Shown here piece after piece: positions 46,864-56,077 of a DNA stretch of 64,000 bases. The notes below the pieces were generated by a model. That model had not been told where the DNA came from, searched no databases, and saw nothing but the letters and a program-made list of their open reading frames with translations. A program made the translations under genes and the position numbers. Location of the stretch: positions 3,683-67,682 of the forward strand of contig JAIXTE010000125.1 in NCBI GenBank assembly GCA_027484315.1. Reading direction: 5' to 3'. This DNA is from Burkholderiales bacterium (lineage in GTDB: Bacteria > Pseudomonadota > Gammaproteobacteria > Burkholderiales > Burkholderiaceae_B). Every line of letters starts with the position of its first letter. Within the stretch, counting starts at the first letter, position 1.

Positions 46864-47658
46864 ATGACGGAAAACACAATGAAACAGCTTGGCGACAAAG
46901 ATCATTTTCCTGAATTTAAGCCGGGTGACGCAGTTACATTCAACCCATATGGGCGGCCAAACTCTTGTGTCGTTACAGATGTGTTCAATGATCCGCGTTC
47001 TGGCGAGCTCATGTATGGGTTGCGCGGCGCTGCTGTTACAAGGACCTCTGGGCGCAGCATTCAGGAATCCAAGGATTTCCGTCCCTATCCGGCACTGCTT
47101 TCTATCCCACATGAGATATTGCTTCGCTGTCGTGAGCCCTCACTGGAAATGGCAGTCGAGCGGTTCAATGACGGCCAGTTCAAAGTGGCGTCCAGCGCGA
47201 TTGAACGTTTGGCAAGCAGTTTTGATCCCGGCCTTCGTAGTTATGTGCTGGGGGCACTGTGCTTGGCCACTGGAAGGCCCTTTGATGCAAGTGCTTACTT
47301 TAAAACCTCTTTTGAATCGGGTGTTTTGGGAGCAAAGGACAGGTTGGACAGCGATTTCCAGCCCCTCTTGTTGGTTTTCGCTTCAGAATCAGGTTCCCCG
47401 TTCTGCGCTGTACTTTGTGATCGATCCCAGAAAAATGAGGTGCTAAAAATTGCAGAGTCAAACCTGCTGAGATCGGTTAGCGAGTATCCGCAACTTGGCG
47501 TTCGCCCAGAAGATCAGGTCCCCTCGCTTCGCATCGCAATGGTAGACCGTTATGATTTCAATTCATTTCAGTCCGCCGGGCGAGCCGGTGAGTTGCGCGG
47601 CGCTGCGATTCCTGGGGCATTGCGTACGCCTGGCCAGGGCTCAAGAATGGGTCTCTGA
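46864..47658 (+). CDS. Hypothetical protein with a TPR-like segment
   Basis: YVLGALCLATGRPFDASAYFKTS helix pair; ends GSRMGL. Confidence 0.55.
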   Translation: MTENTMKQLGDKDHFPEFKPGDAVTFNPYGRPNSCVVTDVFNDPRSGELMYGLRGAAVTRTSGRSIQESKDFRPYPALLSIPHEILLRCREPSLEMAVERFNDGQFKVASSAIERLASSFDPGLRSYVLGALCLATGRPFDASAYFKTSFESGVLGAKDRLDSDFQPLLLVFASESGSPFCAVLCDRSQKNEVLKIAESNLLRSVSEYPQLGVRPEDQVPSLRIAMVDRYDFNSFQSAGRAGELRGAAIPGALRTPGQGSRMGL

Positions 47659-47672
47659 GCCCTATGCGGTGC

Positions 47673-48350
47673 TCACATGCCCATTGATGTACCAGCTTTA
47701 CGGGGGGTAGGTGACTTTGCCAGGCTTTCGTAGGTCGTCGTATCTGTCACTAGGTCTGCTTTCGCAATTCTAAGCGAGCCCAGCGCCTTATTGAACAGCT
47801 CAAGTGTGGTGTTCTCCATGATGACTTTTCCTTTGAAGCCCTCCATCAGCGACTCGTTAGTCATCACTTGGAACGCCGGTGGCAAATCAAAGGGATCAAC
47901 CATGACGCCCCTGTCGTTGGTGACCAGGTAGGTGTCAAAATCGATCTTCTTTTCCTGGCCCTCGCCGTTTCTCAGATAGGTCGGGCATTCAACATTGAAG
48001 GCTCGATAACCAAATATATCCTCACTCAGCGCCTGCATGGCGTGGACGAATTCCTGAACTGTATCGTATTTGTCAATTCTTTGAATCGTAGAGCCTGGGG
48101 TGGGCTGCCCAAGAAAGACGTTGATCTTCATCTTGTTTAGATCGAAGTGCACATTTTCTGGTTTGATGCCGCCGAGCATCGAAATAATTTTGCCCAGGTA
48201 GTTAATCCCTCCGATATTGCAGAGCCCGTCGATTGTTCCTCGGTCCTTTGTGCCGTCGGGGTAGAACACCACCGCCTGCGGACTTGTACCTGAACTGGAG
48301 ATTGAAATTGATTCGCCTGAAATAGCGCAGGAATGACTGAAATATGACAT
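47673..48350 (-). CDS. Hypothetical protein
   Basis: AGGAG RBS; MSYFSHSCAISGESI start; ends RKAGTSMGM. Confidence 0.65.
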   Translation of the reverse strand: MSYFSHSCAISGESISISSSGTSPQAVVFYPDGTKDRGTIDGLCNIGGINYLGKIISMLGGIKPENVHFDLNKMKINVFLGQPTPGSTIQRIDKYDTVQEFVHAMQALSEDIFGYRAFNVECPTYLRNGEGQEKKIDFDTYLVTNDRGVMVDPFDLPPAFQVMTNESLMEGFKGKVIMENTTLELFNKALGSLRIAKADLVTDTTTYESLAKSPTPRKAGTSMGM

Positions 48351-48476
48351 TGGTTTGCTCTCCTGTTTGTAATGATTTTTATACCATTTTGACCCGCACT
48401 GGTCCAGAAAAAATATAGTGGTTCAGCAGTATTGAAAAGATGTTAGTAATAGTGTATGATATTTATATATCAATAA

Positions 48477-49151
48477 ATGGATTCTCTTATGGACAATAAT
48501 CTTCAGGTGGCAATCGATGCCCTGCTTGAAATTCAGAAGGCTCATAAATTCAATACAGCCACGCTGATGCCTTATGAAGTCCATGCTATTTGCTTTAACG
48601 CACTGGAAAAAATTCAGGGCTCCGGTGTTGTTATTGCAGCTTCTCTTGGCTCTGGTGGCCAGCCCGTAGATGAGCCTCCCGGCAGGCCTTTGAGGAATTC
48701 TTATTGCGCCGTATGCGGTGGGCTGCAGAGCGTATCGCCAAGCGGTCTTTTCTGCCATAACGGGCACGGGGGCGCTGACAGCATAGATGCGGCTGCTGGT
48801 GGGCGGGAGGGTGTGCGCTTGCTTCTGTCCAGTATCGCCAGCCAGGGTTCCGACTCCCTTCTTTTGGGGTTCAGTGAGTCGTGTGGTTTTCTGTTGTCAG
48901 ACGACAAGGAGCACCCGGGCGAGTATTACTGGGAAAACCGATATTCTGGCCGAAGTAGCCCGTGTTTTTTCCCCTCAATCAAGGAATGCTTTCTGGATGC
49001 CATCGAGCAGATCGAGTTCTCGCTTTTTGAACGCGGAGCTCAGGAGGTCGGAGGCGCGGAGCAGAGTGCGATATTCCAGCGTGCGGTCGAGATACGCAAC
49101 TCGTGGCCAGAATGGAAGCAAAACTACGAACTTGTAAAACCTGGCGTTTAG
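48477..49151 (+). CDS. Hypothetical protein with a Cys/His cluster
   Basis: CAVCGGLQ...CHNGHGG. Confidence 0.55.
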   Translation: MDSLMDNNLQVAIDALLEIQKAHKFNTATLMPYEVHAICFNALEKIQGSGVVIAASLGSGGQPVDEPPGRPLRNSYCAVCGGLQSVSPSGLFCHNGHGGADSIDAAAGGREGVRLLLSSIASQGSDSLLLGFSESCGFLLSDDKEHPGEYYWENRYSGRSSPCFFPSIKECFLDAIEQIEFSLFERGAQEVGGAEQSAIFQRAVEIRNSWPEWKQNYELVKPGV

Positions 49152-49170
49152 GCTTGTTAAGGAGACTCAC

Positions 49171-49458
49171 ATGAATAACTTTTACTGTCCTCGTTGTCCG
49201 TCGGTTATTGGTCGGGCGGATCAGCATTGCAAATCATGCGGCTCAAGAATTTGCGCCGGTTACTTTGGGTCGCAGGCGAGTCTTAGTCAAGGGACCGTGC
49301 TGGACTTTAACGTAAGCATGTCGCCGCCGCTCCTGGATCTGGACTGGCCTGCGGCCCGGAGCGTCCGCGGTGAAACTCTGGGTGGCCTAATTGGTGCGGT
49401 AAAGAAATTATGGGTTGCACTCGTTTCCCCTCAAGGGCTGAACAACCAAATTAACTAG
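49171..49458 (+). CDS. Small zinc-ribbon protein
   Basis: AGGAG RBS; CPRC...CKSCG. Confidence 0.55.
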   Translation: MNNFYCPRCPSVIGRADQHCKSCGSRICAGYFGSQASLSQGTVLDFNVSMSPPLLDLDWPAARSVRGETLGGLIGAVKKLWVALVSPQGLNNQIN

Positions 49459-49470
49459 TGAGGTGACCTT

Positions 49471-49869
49471 ATGGATTTGGATCTCCCCGGTCAACCGGCA
49501 GCTCACAGTTCTATCCCTTCGGACGCCCTCTGCATTGATAATGCGAGGGGTTCGCTGTTGAAATGGGTGAACGGGGAGTCCGATTCTCCCGTAAACAAGA
49601 TGGATGTTGCTCTAGTATTGGCCCACATTGCCATGCTGCGCGAAGGAGTTAATGCGCAGGCTGATAACCAGGCTTTCGCTCAATCGAGTCCCTTGTTTTT
49701 AGCGCTTGAATCTTTCTTGAGCAAAGCCCGGCTTACACGTCTCAATGTTTTGCTGGCTCTTGCAAATGGAGAGGAGATCACCGGTATAGTGATGAGTAAG
49801 CCTGGTGAGAAGGTTGTTCATTTAGTGGGTAATGACGGGGTTCTGAAACCGCTGATTTTCTGGCGATAA
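49471..49869 (+). CDS. Hypothetical protein
   Basis: GAGGTG RBS, operonic spacing. Confidence 0.55.
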   Translation: MDLDLPGQPAAHSSIPSDALCIDNARGSLLKWVNGESDSPVNKMDVALVLAHIAMLREGVNAQADNQAFAQSSPLFLALESFLSKARLTRLNVLLALANGEEITGIVMSKPGEKVVHLVGNDGVLKPLIFWR

Positions 49870-49941
49870 GTCACACAAAGCGATCGAAGTTTTTCAAGAG
49901 TAGTCTTAACAGATCCCACGGTAATAAAAAGGAGTTCCACC

Positions 49942-50319
49942 ATGTTTTCGAGAAGCGACAAAGAAGCGATTGCTAACCAAAAATTTATAATCGATTCCCA
50001 AACCCAACTAATTAAAGCACAGTCAGAGTTCATCAAGAAACAAGCTGAAGAGATGAGTTTGATCGCCAAAGAGCTCGCAAATAGCCATGGCACGATTCGA
50101 AATCTGGACGACCGTATTGCGAAGCTTGAGGGTTATTTGGAGGACCTCGGAATTAACTTGAAAATCGTAGAGGGCTCTGGAATGTGGTGGAGTAAAGCGA
50201 TGAAGGCTATCTCTATTAAAGTTGACCCAAATAAACTCCGCGAGGACCTATCCTTCGCTGGAGATGAGGATCGAGCTTATGCCACGCAATTGGCGACGGC
50301 CGTCCTGACCAAAGAGTGA
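49942..50319 (+). CDS. Coiled-coil hypothetical protein
   Basis: AGGAG RBS; heptad pattern. Confidence 0.6.
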   Translation: MFSRSDKEAIANQKFIIDSQTQLIKAQSEFIKKQAEEMSLIAKELANSHGTIRNLDDRIAKLEGYLEDLGINLKIVEGSGMWWSKAMKAISIKVDPNKLREDLSFAGDEDRAYATQLATAVLTKE

Positions 50320-50355
50320 GTTTTGCGTATCAGCATTTCCAATAGGGTGCTTTTT

Positions 50356-50808
50356 ATGAATTCGGATGTCCTTCCTGAAAAACCAATGCGTCCTGGGCTC
50401 GGCGAGATTCTGGTTCTGTGTTTACTGGCCATTATCTTCATGCTCATGCTGGGTTTGCTTTTTTCCGACCTTGGTTCGGTACTCCTATTTTCCAGTTATC
50501 ACCCAGAAGGCGGAGACTTGCTGTGGACGCTTCCAATGAGGTTTACAGGCGCAACTCTCTCTGGGTGCCTTCTGGTTGTTGTTTCGATTCTTGTTTTTGG
50601 CAAGTCACGAAAAACAATTCCGTTGTTCTCTTTTCTTGTGCTGACGCCAGGTCTCGTCTTTGCCGCCACACTTTACTTTGACGCAGAGGCCATCTCTTAT
50701 ACCAAACAGAAAATCGAAGATCAAGGCATGGCCCTCTGTAAAGAGGCTACCGTTGGCCGCGGTAAATATGTCCGAAAATCGCTGGAATTTAGGCCTTCTT
50801 GCAACTAG
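50356..50808 (+). CDS. Hypothetical membrane protein
   Basis: Three TM-like segments. Confidence 0.55.
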   Translation: MNSDVLPEKPMRPGLGEILVLCLLAIIFMLMLGLLFSDLGSVLLFSSYHPEGGDLLWTLPMRFTGATLSGCLLVVVSILVFGKSRKTIPLFSFLVLTPGLVFAATLYFDAEAISYTKQKIEDQGMALCKEATVGRGKYVRKSLEFRPSCN

Positions 50809-52241
50809 ACCTCAAGTTGCGCTGGACGCAGGCCTGGATTCAAGAGTTCCATCGGGTAGGGTTTGATCCCTATAGGTAGGTTGATGGAAAAACGCTCTTT
50901 CAAAATTGCGTTGATCGCCTGAAGTTTTCCATTGGACCGAATTGTCTCCACTCGGTCGCTTTGTTCATCGAGATTTGCATGTTCGATTATCAGCAAGTCT
51001 CGATACACGTCATCTGGGACGTTCAGCCCCCTTTCAATCAAGGCCGTTGTTCTTTTTTCGAGATTGCAGAATATCTCTACAAGGTTCTCGGCACGCTCCC
51101 CAATAATCTCCTTTAGCGTTTCTTTGGGTAATATCGTCCCGGCATCAAAATAGCTCGTGCCATAGCAACTGTGGCATAGGCCGGCCTCCACCAGGTATTT
51201 TGGCGCCCCATAGCTGGCCAGTATGGAAGCCGTGGCATTGAGGTGGTCGCTAAACCATCCATCAGAGTGTCGAATGTTCTGGGTGGCGCTGAGAATGATT
51301 GAGTAGATGTCGTCATTGCCGTCGAATGAATAGGGTGTGGTTTTGAAAACCAGGATTTGGCGCAGATCCCTGCAATATCTTGAAACTGGTCGCGCAGCGT
51401 GCATTATTGTCCCGTCAAACACGACAGCCCTTCCTTTTTTTGGGAGGACGCTGGTAATAATCTCGTTGTCATCGTCAAAAAATACGGTTTCCCCCGCCCA
51501 GTCTTTATTCCATTCATCGTTCATGTACATCAGAATTGTTGCAGGGAAGTTCTCTTCGCCGGCCAGGTGGCGATAGACTCGTGGATCATCCCGGTGCGCC
51601 GTCGGGTCGGTGCCGAAGGTCTGTCCGTTGGAGTAAACCCTCACCAGGTTGCGAGGTCCAATCAGTGCAGTGGCTTGACTCCAAATCTTGTCCAGGTAGG
51701 GCATCTTTCTGAAGTTCGCGTCTTTCGCCGCGTCAAGTCGTCGTCCGTCAGCCTGTTGAGTCACGACGGCCTTGTACCAAAATCCACTTTCAATGTCATC
51801 GTTTCTGATGTTTGATATTTTTCCGTATGTCAGCCCGATCGACTTGACATCCTTTTTGACGACATCAAAAACCTTGTCATTCAGAAATCCGTCTATCACC
51901 CATATTCTCGGGTGGGGTTTCCTGATTGTGAGATTATCCGAAAAGATGTTGTAGGGTCCAACCATCTTTTGAAAGTTGGCCATGGCCATCGGATTCCTGT
52001 TAAAAAGCTCCGGTGGAAGAGGGTATGAACTACCGTGAGCGCGAACGAACTCTTTGCCATTGTTCACAGCGCGCCGGGCGCTTTCCTCGGGCGCCCCTGC
52101 CCAGATCAAATGCTGAATGACGGTGCCCTCATTCACCCCACGCGTGAGCTCCTGGACTGCATACTTCGCATGCTTTGGAAGACTATCGATTGGCGAAACC
52201 TTGATGGGTTCTGAAAAGTCGATGTGTGACAGTGCTTTCAT
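50805..52241 (-). CDS. 2OG-Fe(II) oxygenase (prolyl-hydroxylase-like) fused to an HD-like/DUF6817-type domain
   Basis: HRD...ILMYMNDEW..DWAGET.F...HAARP...RQILVF, then HSDGWFSDHL...AGLCHSCYGT; ATGA overlap with the HTTM gene. Confidence 0.75.
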   Translation of the reverse strand: MKALSHIDFSEPIKVSPIDSLPKHAKYAVQELTRGVNEGTVIQHLIWAGAPEESARRAVNNGKEFVRAHGSSYPLPPELFNRNPMAMANFQKMVGPYNIFSDNLTIRKPHPRIWVIDGFLNDKVFDVVKKDVKSIGLTYGKISNIRNDDIESGFWYKAVVTQQADGRRLDAAKDANFRKMPYLDKIWSQATALIGPRNLVRVYSNGQTFGTDPTAHRDDPRVYRHLAGEENFPATILMYMNDEWNKDWAGETVFFDDDNEIITSVLPKKGRAVVFDGTIMHAARPVSRYCRDLRQILVFKTTPYSFDGNDDIYSIILSATQNIRHSDGWFSDHLNATASILASYGAPKYLVEAGLCHSCYGTSYFDAGTILPKETLKEIIGERAENLVEIFCNLEKRTTALIERGLNVPDDVYRDLLIIEHANLDEQSDRVETIRSNGKLQAINAILKERFSINLPIGIKPYPMELLNPGLRPAQLEV

Positions 52242-53755
52242 TGAGGTAGGGCCTTGTTGTTTCTCCCTGGGATTGCCAGGAGCGCGATTACCAAAGCAAG
52301 CGCAATCAGATACCACGCTGCCTTAAGGATGAATAAATAGGTATTTAGCAGGATGCCATCTGTACCGGTTTTTTTGGCGGAATGGAATTCGAGCAACTCC
52401 CACCTGCGGTTGACGCTTTCACCAGAAAAGCCGGGCCCGTTCAACTGAAACACGTACTCCCCATTGTTTTCCACTACAGGTATTGGCATGGTTGATTTCC
52501 AATTGGGGGCGTGAGGCTGTAAGGCGTATGCTTTGGTTTTTGTTCCCAATCCGTCGATACCTCTTTGGCCCGAGCACAGATCTGAAGACCAATCAGCAAC
52601 GACATAGTCAGCGGCGTTTACGGATCGCTCAGAGAGGTAGATCACGGGGCTTTGTTGGCTCTGATGACACATCACTTTTGTTGCTTGAATACGAAGATCC
52701 TCAATGTTGCAGTTGGCAGATCCGGGAGGGAACCCGTATCTGTTCAAGCCACCGCCAGGGGGGTTCACTGTAACCACACAGCCCACGGAAGCGGTAAACA
52801 TATTGAAGGATGCCGCAGGATTGACCAAGCCAACATGGGCGCTAACATGGATGATTACCATCAATATGACGGCAGCCCTTTGAGCCAGGGATGTGTAGCG
52901 TATGGTGTCGGCGACATCCCCCAATAATCCTTTTATTTCGCGCAGTATTGCCGTGAAGCTCTTTTCGGCGCCCACCGTCCCTGTCTCGTGAACATGCTTA
53001 GGGAAACCTCCGCGCTCACTAATTACGAACAGAATATACAGTGCGGGTATGGTCACCCAGGACAACCTACTACCGGTAATCAAAATTGCGTAGGTATGAA
53101 AAACAATCATGGCGTATGCTATCGGCAGCCTTACTTTTCTGTTCTCGGAGAGAAGACCCCATGCCAAGAATCCCTGAAAGATAATCAAGGCATTCGTAGC
53201 TAGCGGGACAAGAAGATCAGGAAAGGCAGGAAGAAGCCCTGGGACGGTAAAGAAATAACCCCCGGTGACCCAGCCGGCGTTCAGTTTAAGCGAAGTGCAC
53301 AGAAAGTAAGTCGTGGCAAATAAAAGTCTTGCGCCCCAGAGGTTGTCCTTTGAAGCCAGCAGGATGGAAAGGACCCAGAAGTCGTAATACACGAAGCTGC
53401 CATGGTCGTTGTTCAGAAAAACCAAAATAGTGGCGAATACAATTAAGGTAATGGCGCCCGACGTGATTTCAAGAAATCTGTTTTTTGCGAGACATGCGAT
53501 CAGCACAAGCTCGCAAAGTATCATGGGGAACATTTCGACGATCCTCTCGTTGTTTCTGATTGAATCGTCTATTGCTGTTATCCAGGGTCCAAAAGTAGGG
53601 CTGTTTAATAGCCCGCTCCATATTTTCCAAGAGGCGCTGGGAGAAACAGGCCAGGTCACCATGGATAGTTCCCAGAAGCCAAAAAGGCTAATGGCGATCA
53701 AAACCGCTTTTGCGGTCTGGAAGCTGGCTTGATCGCTCTTAGGTGAAAGCTGCAT
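52238..53755 (-). CDS. HTTM-like multi-pass membrane protein
   Basis: TYFLCTSLKLNAGWVTGGYF, MIVFH; paralog of 12051-13601. Confidence 0.55.
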   Translation of the reverse strand: MQLSPKSDQASFQTAKAVLIAISLFGFWELSMVTWPVSPSASWKIWSGLLNSPTFGPWITAIDDSIRNNERIVEMFPMILCELVLIACLAKNRFLEITSGAITLIVFATILVFLNNDHGSFVYYDFWVLSILLASKDNLWGARLLFATTYFLCTSLKLNAGWVTGGYFFTVPGLLPAFPDLLVPLATNALIIFQGFLAWGLLSENRKVRLPIAYAMIVFHTYAILITGSRLSWVTIPALYILFVISERGGFPKHVHETGTVGAEKSFTAILREIKGLLGDVADTIRYTSLAQRAAVILMVIIHVSAHVGLVNPAASFNMFTASVGCVVTVNPPGGGLNRYGFPPGSANCNIEDLRIQATKVMCHQSQQSPVIYLSERSVNAADYVVADWSSDLCSGQRGIDGLGTKTKAYALQPHAPNWKSTMPIPVVENNGEYVFQLNGPGFSGESVNRRWELLEFHSAKKTGTDGILLNTYLFILKAAWYLIALALVIALLAIPGRNNKALPQ

Positions 53756-53866
53756 TGTTGATATCGGAATCCTGAATTGATTCCTTATTTTATTTTGAAT
53801 GGCTCTCCTCCACTTTTAAATCTGCTTTTCCCCAAGGAAATTGCGCCAGACTAGAAAAATTGGGGA

Positions 53867-54409
53867 TTACCTTTTAAATGCGCGAAGGTCTCGTTTGACC
53901 GCGGATCTCTCGATGATATCGAGAATATCCCGACTGTTTAGGAGAGGGGTCAAGGGAATAATGAACAGTGGCCCGGACTGGCGGTGAAACGACCATGGCC
54001 AGGACAGAAAGCGAGGAGGCTTTGCCAAGTTTTCAGGTTGAAACACTGCTACCGTTCTTCGCTGGGGGTCAATGAAGTAACAACTAAACCTAAATTCATC
54101 TCCGTTCTCGCGGGTGATACTGTTCCTGGAAATCCTGACCCCACTGCCGTTTTTAATCAGACTTTTGAGCGCAATAAATGCCTTGACCTGCGCAACCCAA
54201 AGAATCAAAAACATGAACCCTGCGCCTCCCCCGACAATTTTTGAAAGAGCCCCTTCAAGTTGAAGTAGTGCAGCAGAGATTGCGATAAGAATTTTCAAGC
54301 CGACGATGGAGAAACCCAGAAATTTGAGCAGGGTCCGGCTCTCAGCTTCGTTAATTAGAATCCCGACCTCGTCGGGTCGCCTGACATAGTTCTTGTGTTT
54401 CTTACCCAT
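53867..54409 (-). CDS. Hypothetical membrane protein
   Basis: Two TM segments plus a soluble C-domain. Confidence 0.55.
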   Translation of the reverse strand: MGKKHKNYVRRPDEVGILINEAESRTLLKFLGFSIVGLKILIAISAALLQLEGALSKIVGGGAGFMFLILWVAQVKAFIALKSLIKNGSGVRISRNSITRENGDEFRFSCYFIDPQRRTVAVFQPENLAKPPRFLSWPWSFHRQSGPLFIIPLTPLLNSRDILDIIERSAVKRDLRAFKR

Positions 54410-54560
54410 TCGCAGTCCAAGTAATACCCGTTAGTGCCCAAATATGGAAAATCTGACTGGGACGAATTGGAATTCCCAGCGTGATTTTCCCGCCAATTAT
54501 TAATGATACACTATCGGAAAAATCAAATCCATATTTTTCTGGCTCAGACCATGGTAATTA

Positions 54561-55337
54561 CTAACCCATACCGGGAGACCGGTTTGCTTGCCTGCTTCGG
54601 GTTTGAGTGGAGGCGGTCAGATTTCTTTCGGCCTCGTTTGCGATTTGTTCTGCAACGCCAGGAAAACCTTCGGCTGCAGGCACCGCCAGATTGATTCCAA
54701 AAGCCATGCTGGGGTTTAGTCCATCAGGATTGATGTTTATAGACTTGGGGGATTGGAAGGTGTCGTGGTTAAACAGCATTTCAGCACCCACGACCTGGAA
54801 TGATGTGCCAATGCAAACCAGATAGTCATCCTTGGTCAGACTTTCCTTAATGTTGTACAACCTTGCATACTCAGGGGCGTTCTCTCCAAACATAACGGCG
54901 TCGCACTTGACTCGCGCGCTGTCCCCGCAATCTGGGCATTTTTCCTCGGGATCGAACTCTTCCTCTTCTCGTGGCCATTTTACATTGCAGTCATGGCAAA
55001 GGTAGCCATCCAGGTGACCGTGTAGATGGACGACCTCTTCACACCCGGCTTGCTCGAAAAGCATGTCAACGTTCTGAGTGATGATGGTCACCACATCTTT
55101 TCCCAACTTTTCCTGAAGCGCGGCTGCTGCAAGGTGGGCGGCGTTTGGCTTGGCATCCTTGAAGTGAGCAAGGCATTCATTGAAGAATTTGAAGCTCTCC
55201 TGGCGGTGGTCAAAGGCGGCCGGCAGGGTGCAGACCTTGTTCTGGTCGTATCTCTCCCAGATTCCGCCCTCGTCGCGATAGGTGTCAATACCGCTCTCTT
55301 TGGATACCCCTGCACCCGAAAAAATCACTATTTTCAT
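54561..55337 (-). CDS. Sir2/CobB-family NAD-dependent deacylase
   Basis: GAGVSKESGIDTYR, TQNVD, HLHG, CHDC...CPDC, FGE, IGTS. Confidence 0.9.
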   Translation of the reverse strand: MKIVIFSGAGVSKESGIDTYRDEGGIWERYDQNKVCTLPAAFDHRQESFKFFNECLAHFKDAKPNAAHLAAAALQEKLGKDVVTIITQNVDMLFEQAGCEEVVHLHGHLDGYLCHDCNVKWPREEEEFDPEEKCPDCGDSARVKCDAVMFGENAPEYARLYNIKESLTKDDYLVCIGTSFQVVGAEMLFNHDTFQSPKSININPDGLNPSMAFGINLAVPAAEGFPGVAEQIANEAERNLTASTQTRSRQANRSPGMG

Positions 55338-55367
55338 TTATCGCCCACCTTGGATTTTCGATTGCTT

Positions 55368-56015
55368 TCAAACCGCTGTTGATAAAGTGTTCTGCGCATG
55401 GTTCAGCAAATACAGGATCGATTCTTCAATCTTCACATGGGAAGCGTCCAGATCAATACCTCCTGGGATATGTTTGATTACCTGCCGGATTTGTTGGGCA
55501 GCCCATGGCACATCTGTCTTAGTTCTGAGGGACAGCTTGCTTTGTTCGATTTCATTGAGCCATTTGTCCCTGTTCTTCTGCACTGCGCTCTGCAGATCAA
55601 CTCGGAACAATTCCCACTCTTTGTTTTTTGCCAGATCCTCGTTGTAAAGATTGTCTGCCTCAAGGAAAACTTCGATATATCTTGCAACGATGTATGCAGG
55701 TCTATCGGCGTCAATTTCCTTGAGAATAGTGTCCTTAATCTGAATAATCTCGCTATCGGTTAAAAGGTGGGGGGCTTCAAATAGCCGTCCATCTAGAGTG
55801 GCAATTTTCTTATGCGCCTCTCCGTTTGCGGTTCCAATGACAAACGTTTGTGCGTATTTCTCCTGTAGCCTGTTTTCTACCTCTCGGAGTGTACTGCTGC
55901 CCCACTGAGCTGCTATTAAGAGCAAAACAAGGCTCAGTATCGCTGCGATGTGCAATCGCATTCTTAGCTTCTTGTTGGAATGTTGGGTTGTAATTTGTGG
56001 GGTTGTGCTCACCAT
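55368..56015 (-). CDS. Hypothetical membrane-anchored protein
   Basis: N-terminal TM, AAGGA RBS. Confidence 0.55.
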   Translation of the reverse strand: MVSTTPQITTQHSNKKLRMRLHIAAILSLVLLLIAAQWGSSTLREVENRLQEKYAQTFVIGTANGEAHKKIATLDGRLFEAPHLLTDSEIIQIKDTILKEIDADRPAYIVARYIEVFLEADNLYNEDLAKNKEWELFRVDLQSAVQKNRDKWLNEIEQSKLSLRTKTDVPWAAQQIRQVIKHIPGGIDLDASHVKIEESILYLLNHAQNTLSTAV

Positions 56016-56077
56016 TTTATTCCTTTCATAACAGTGGGTTAATGTGTCGGTTTCGCTATTCTTCGATATTAATACAA

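Noticed and set aside
54561-55337. Sir2 as a Thoeris/DSR-type NADase defence gene
   Set aside because: It has the Zn-binding CxxC pairs and size of CobB-like deacylases, and no TIR, HerA or pAgo partner.
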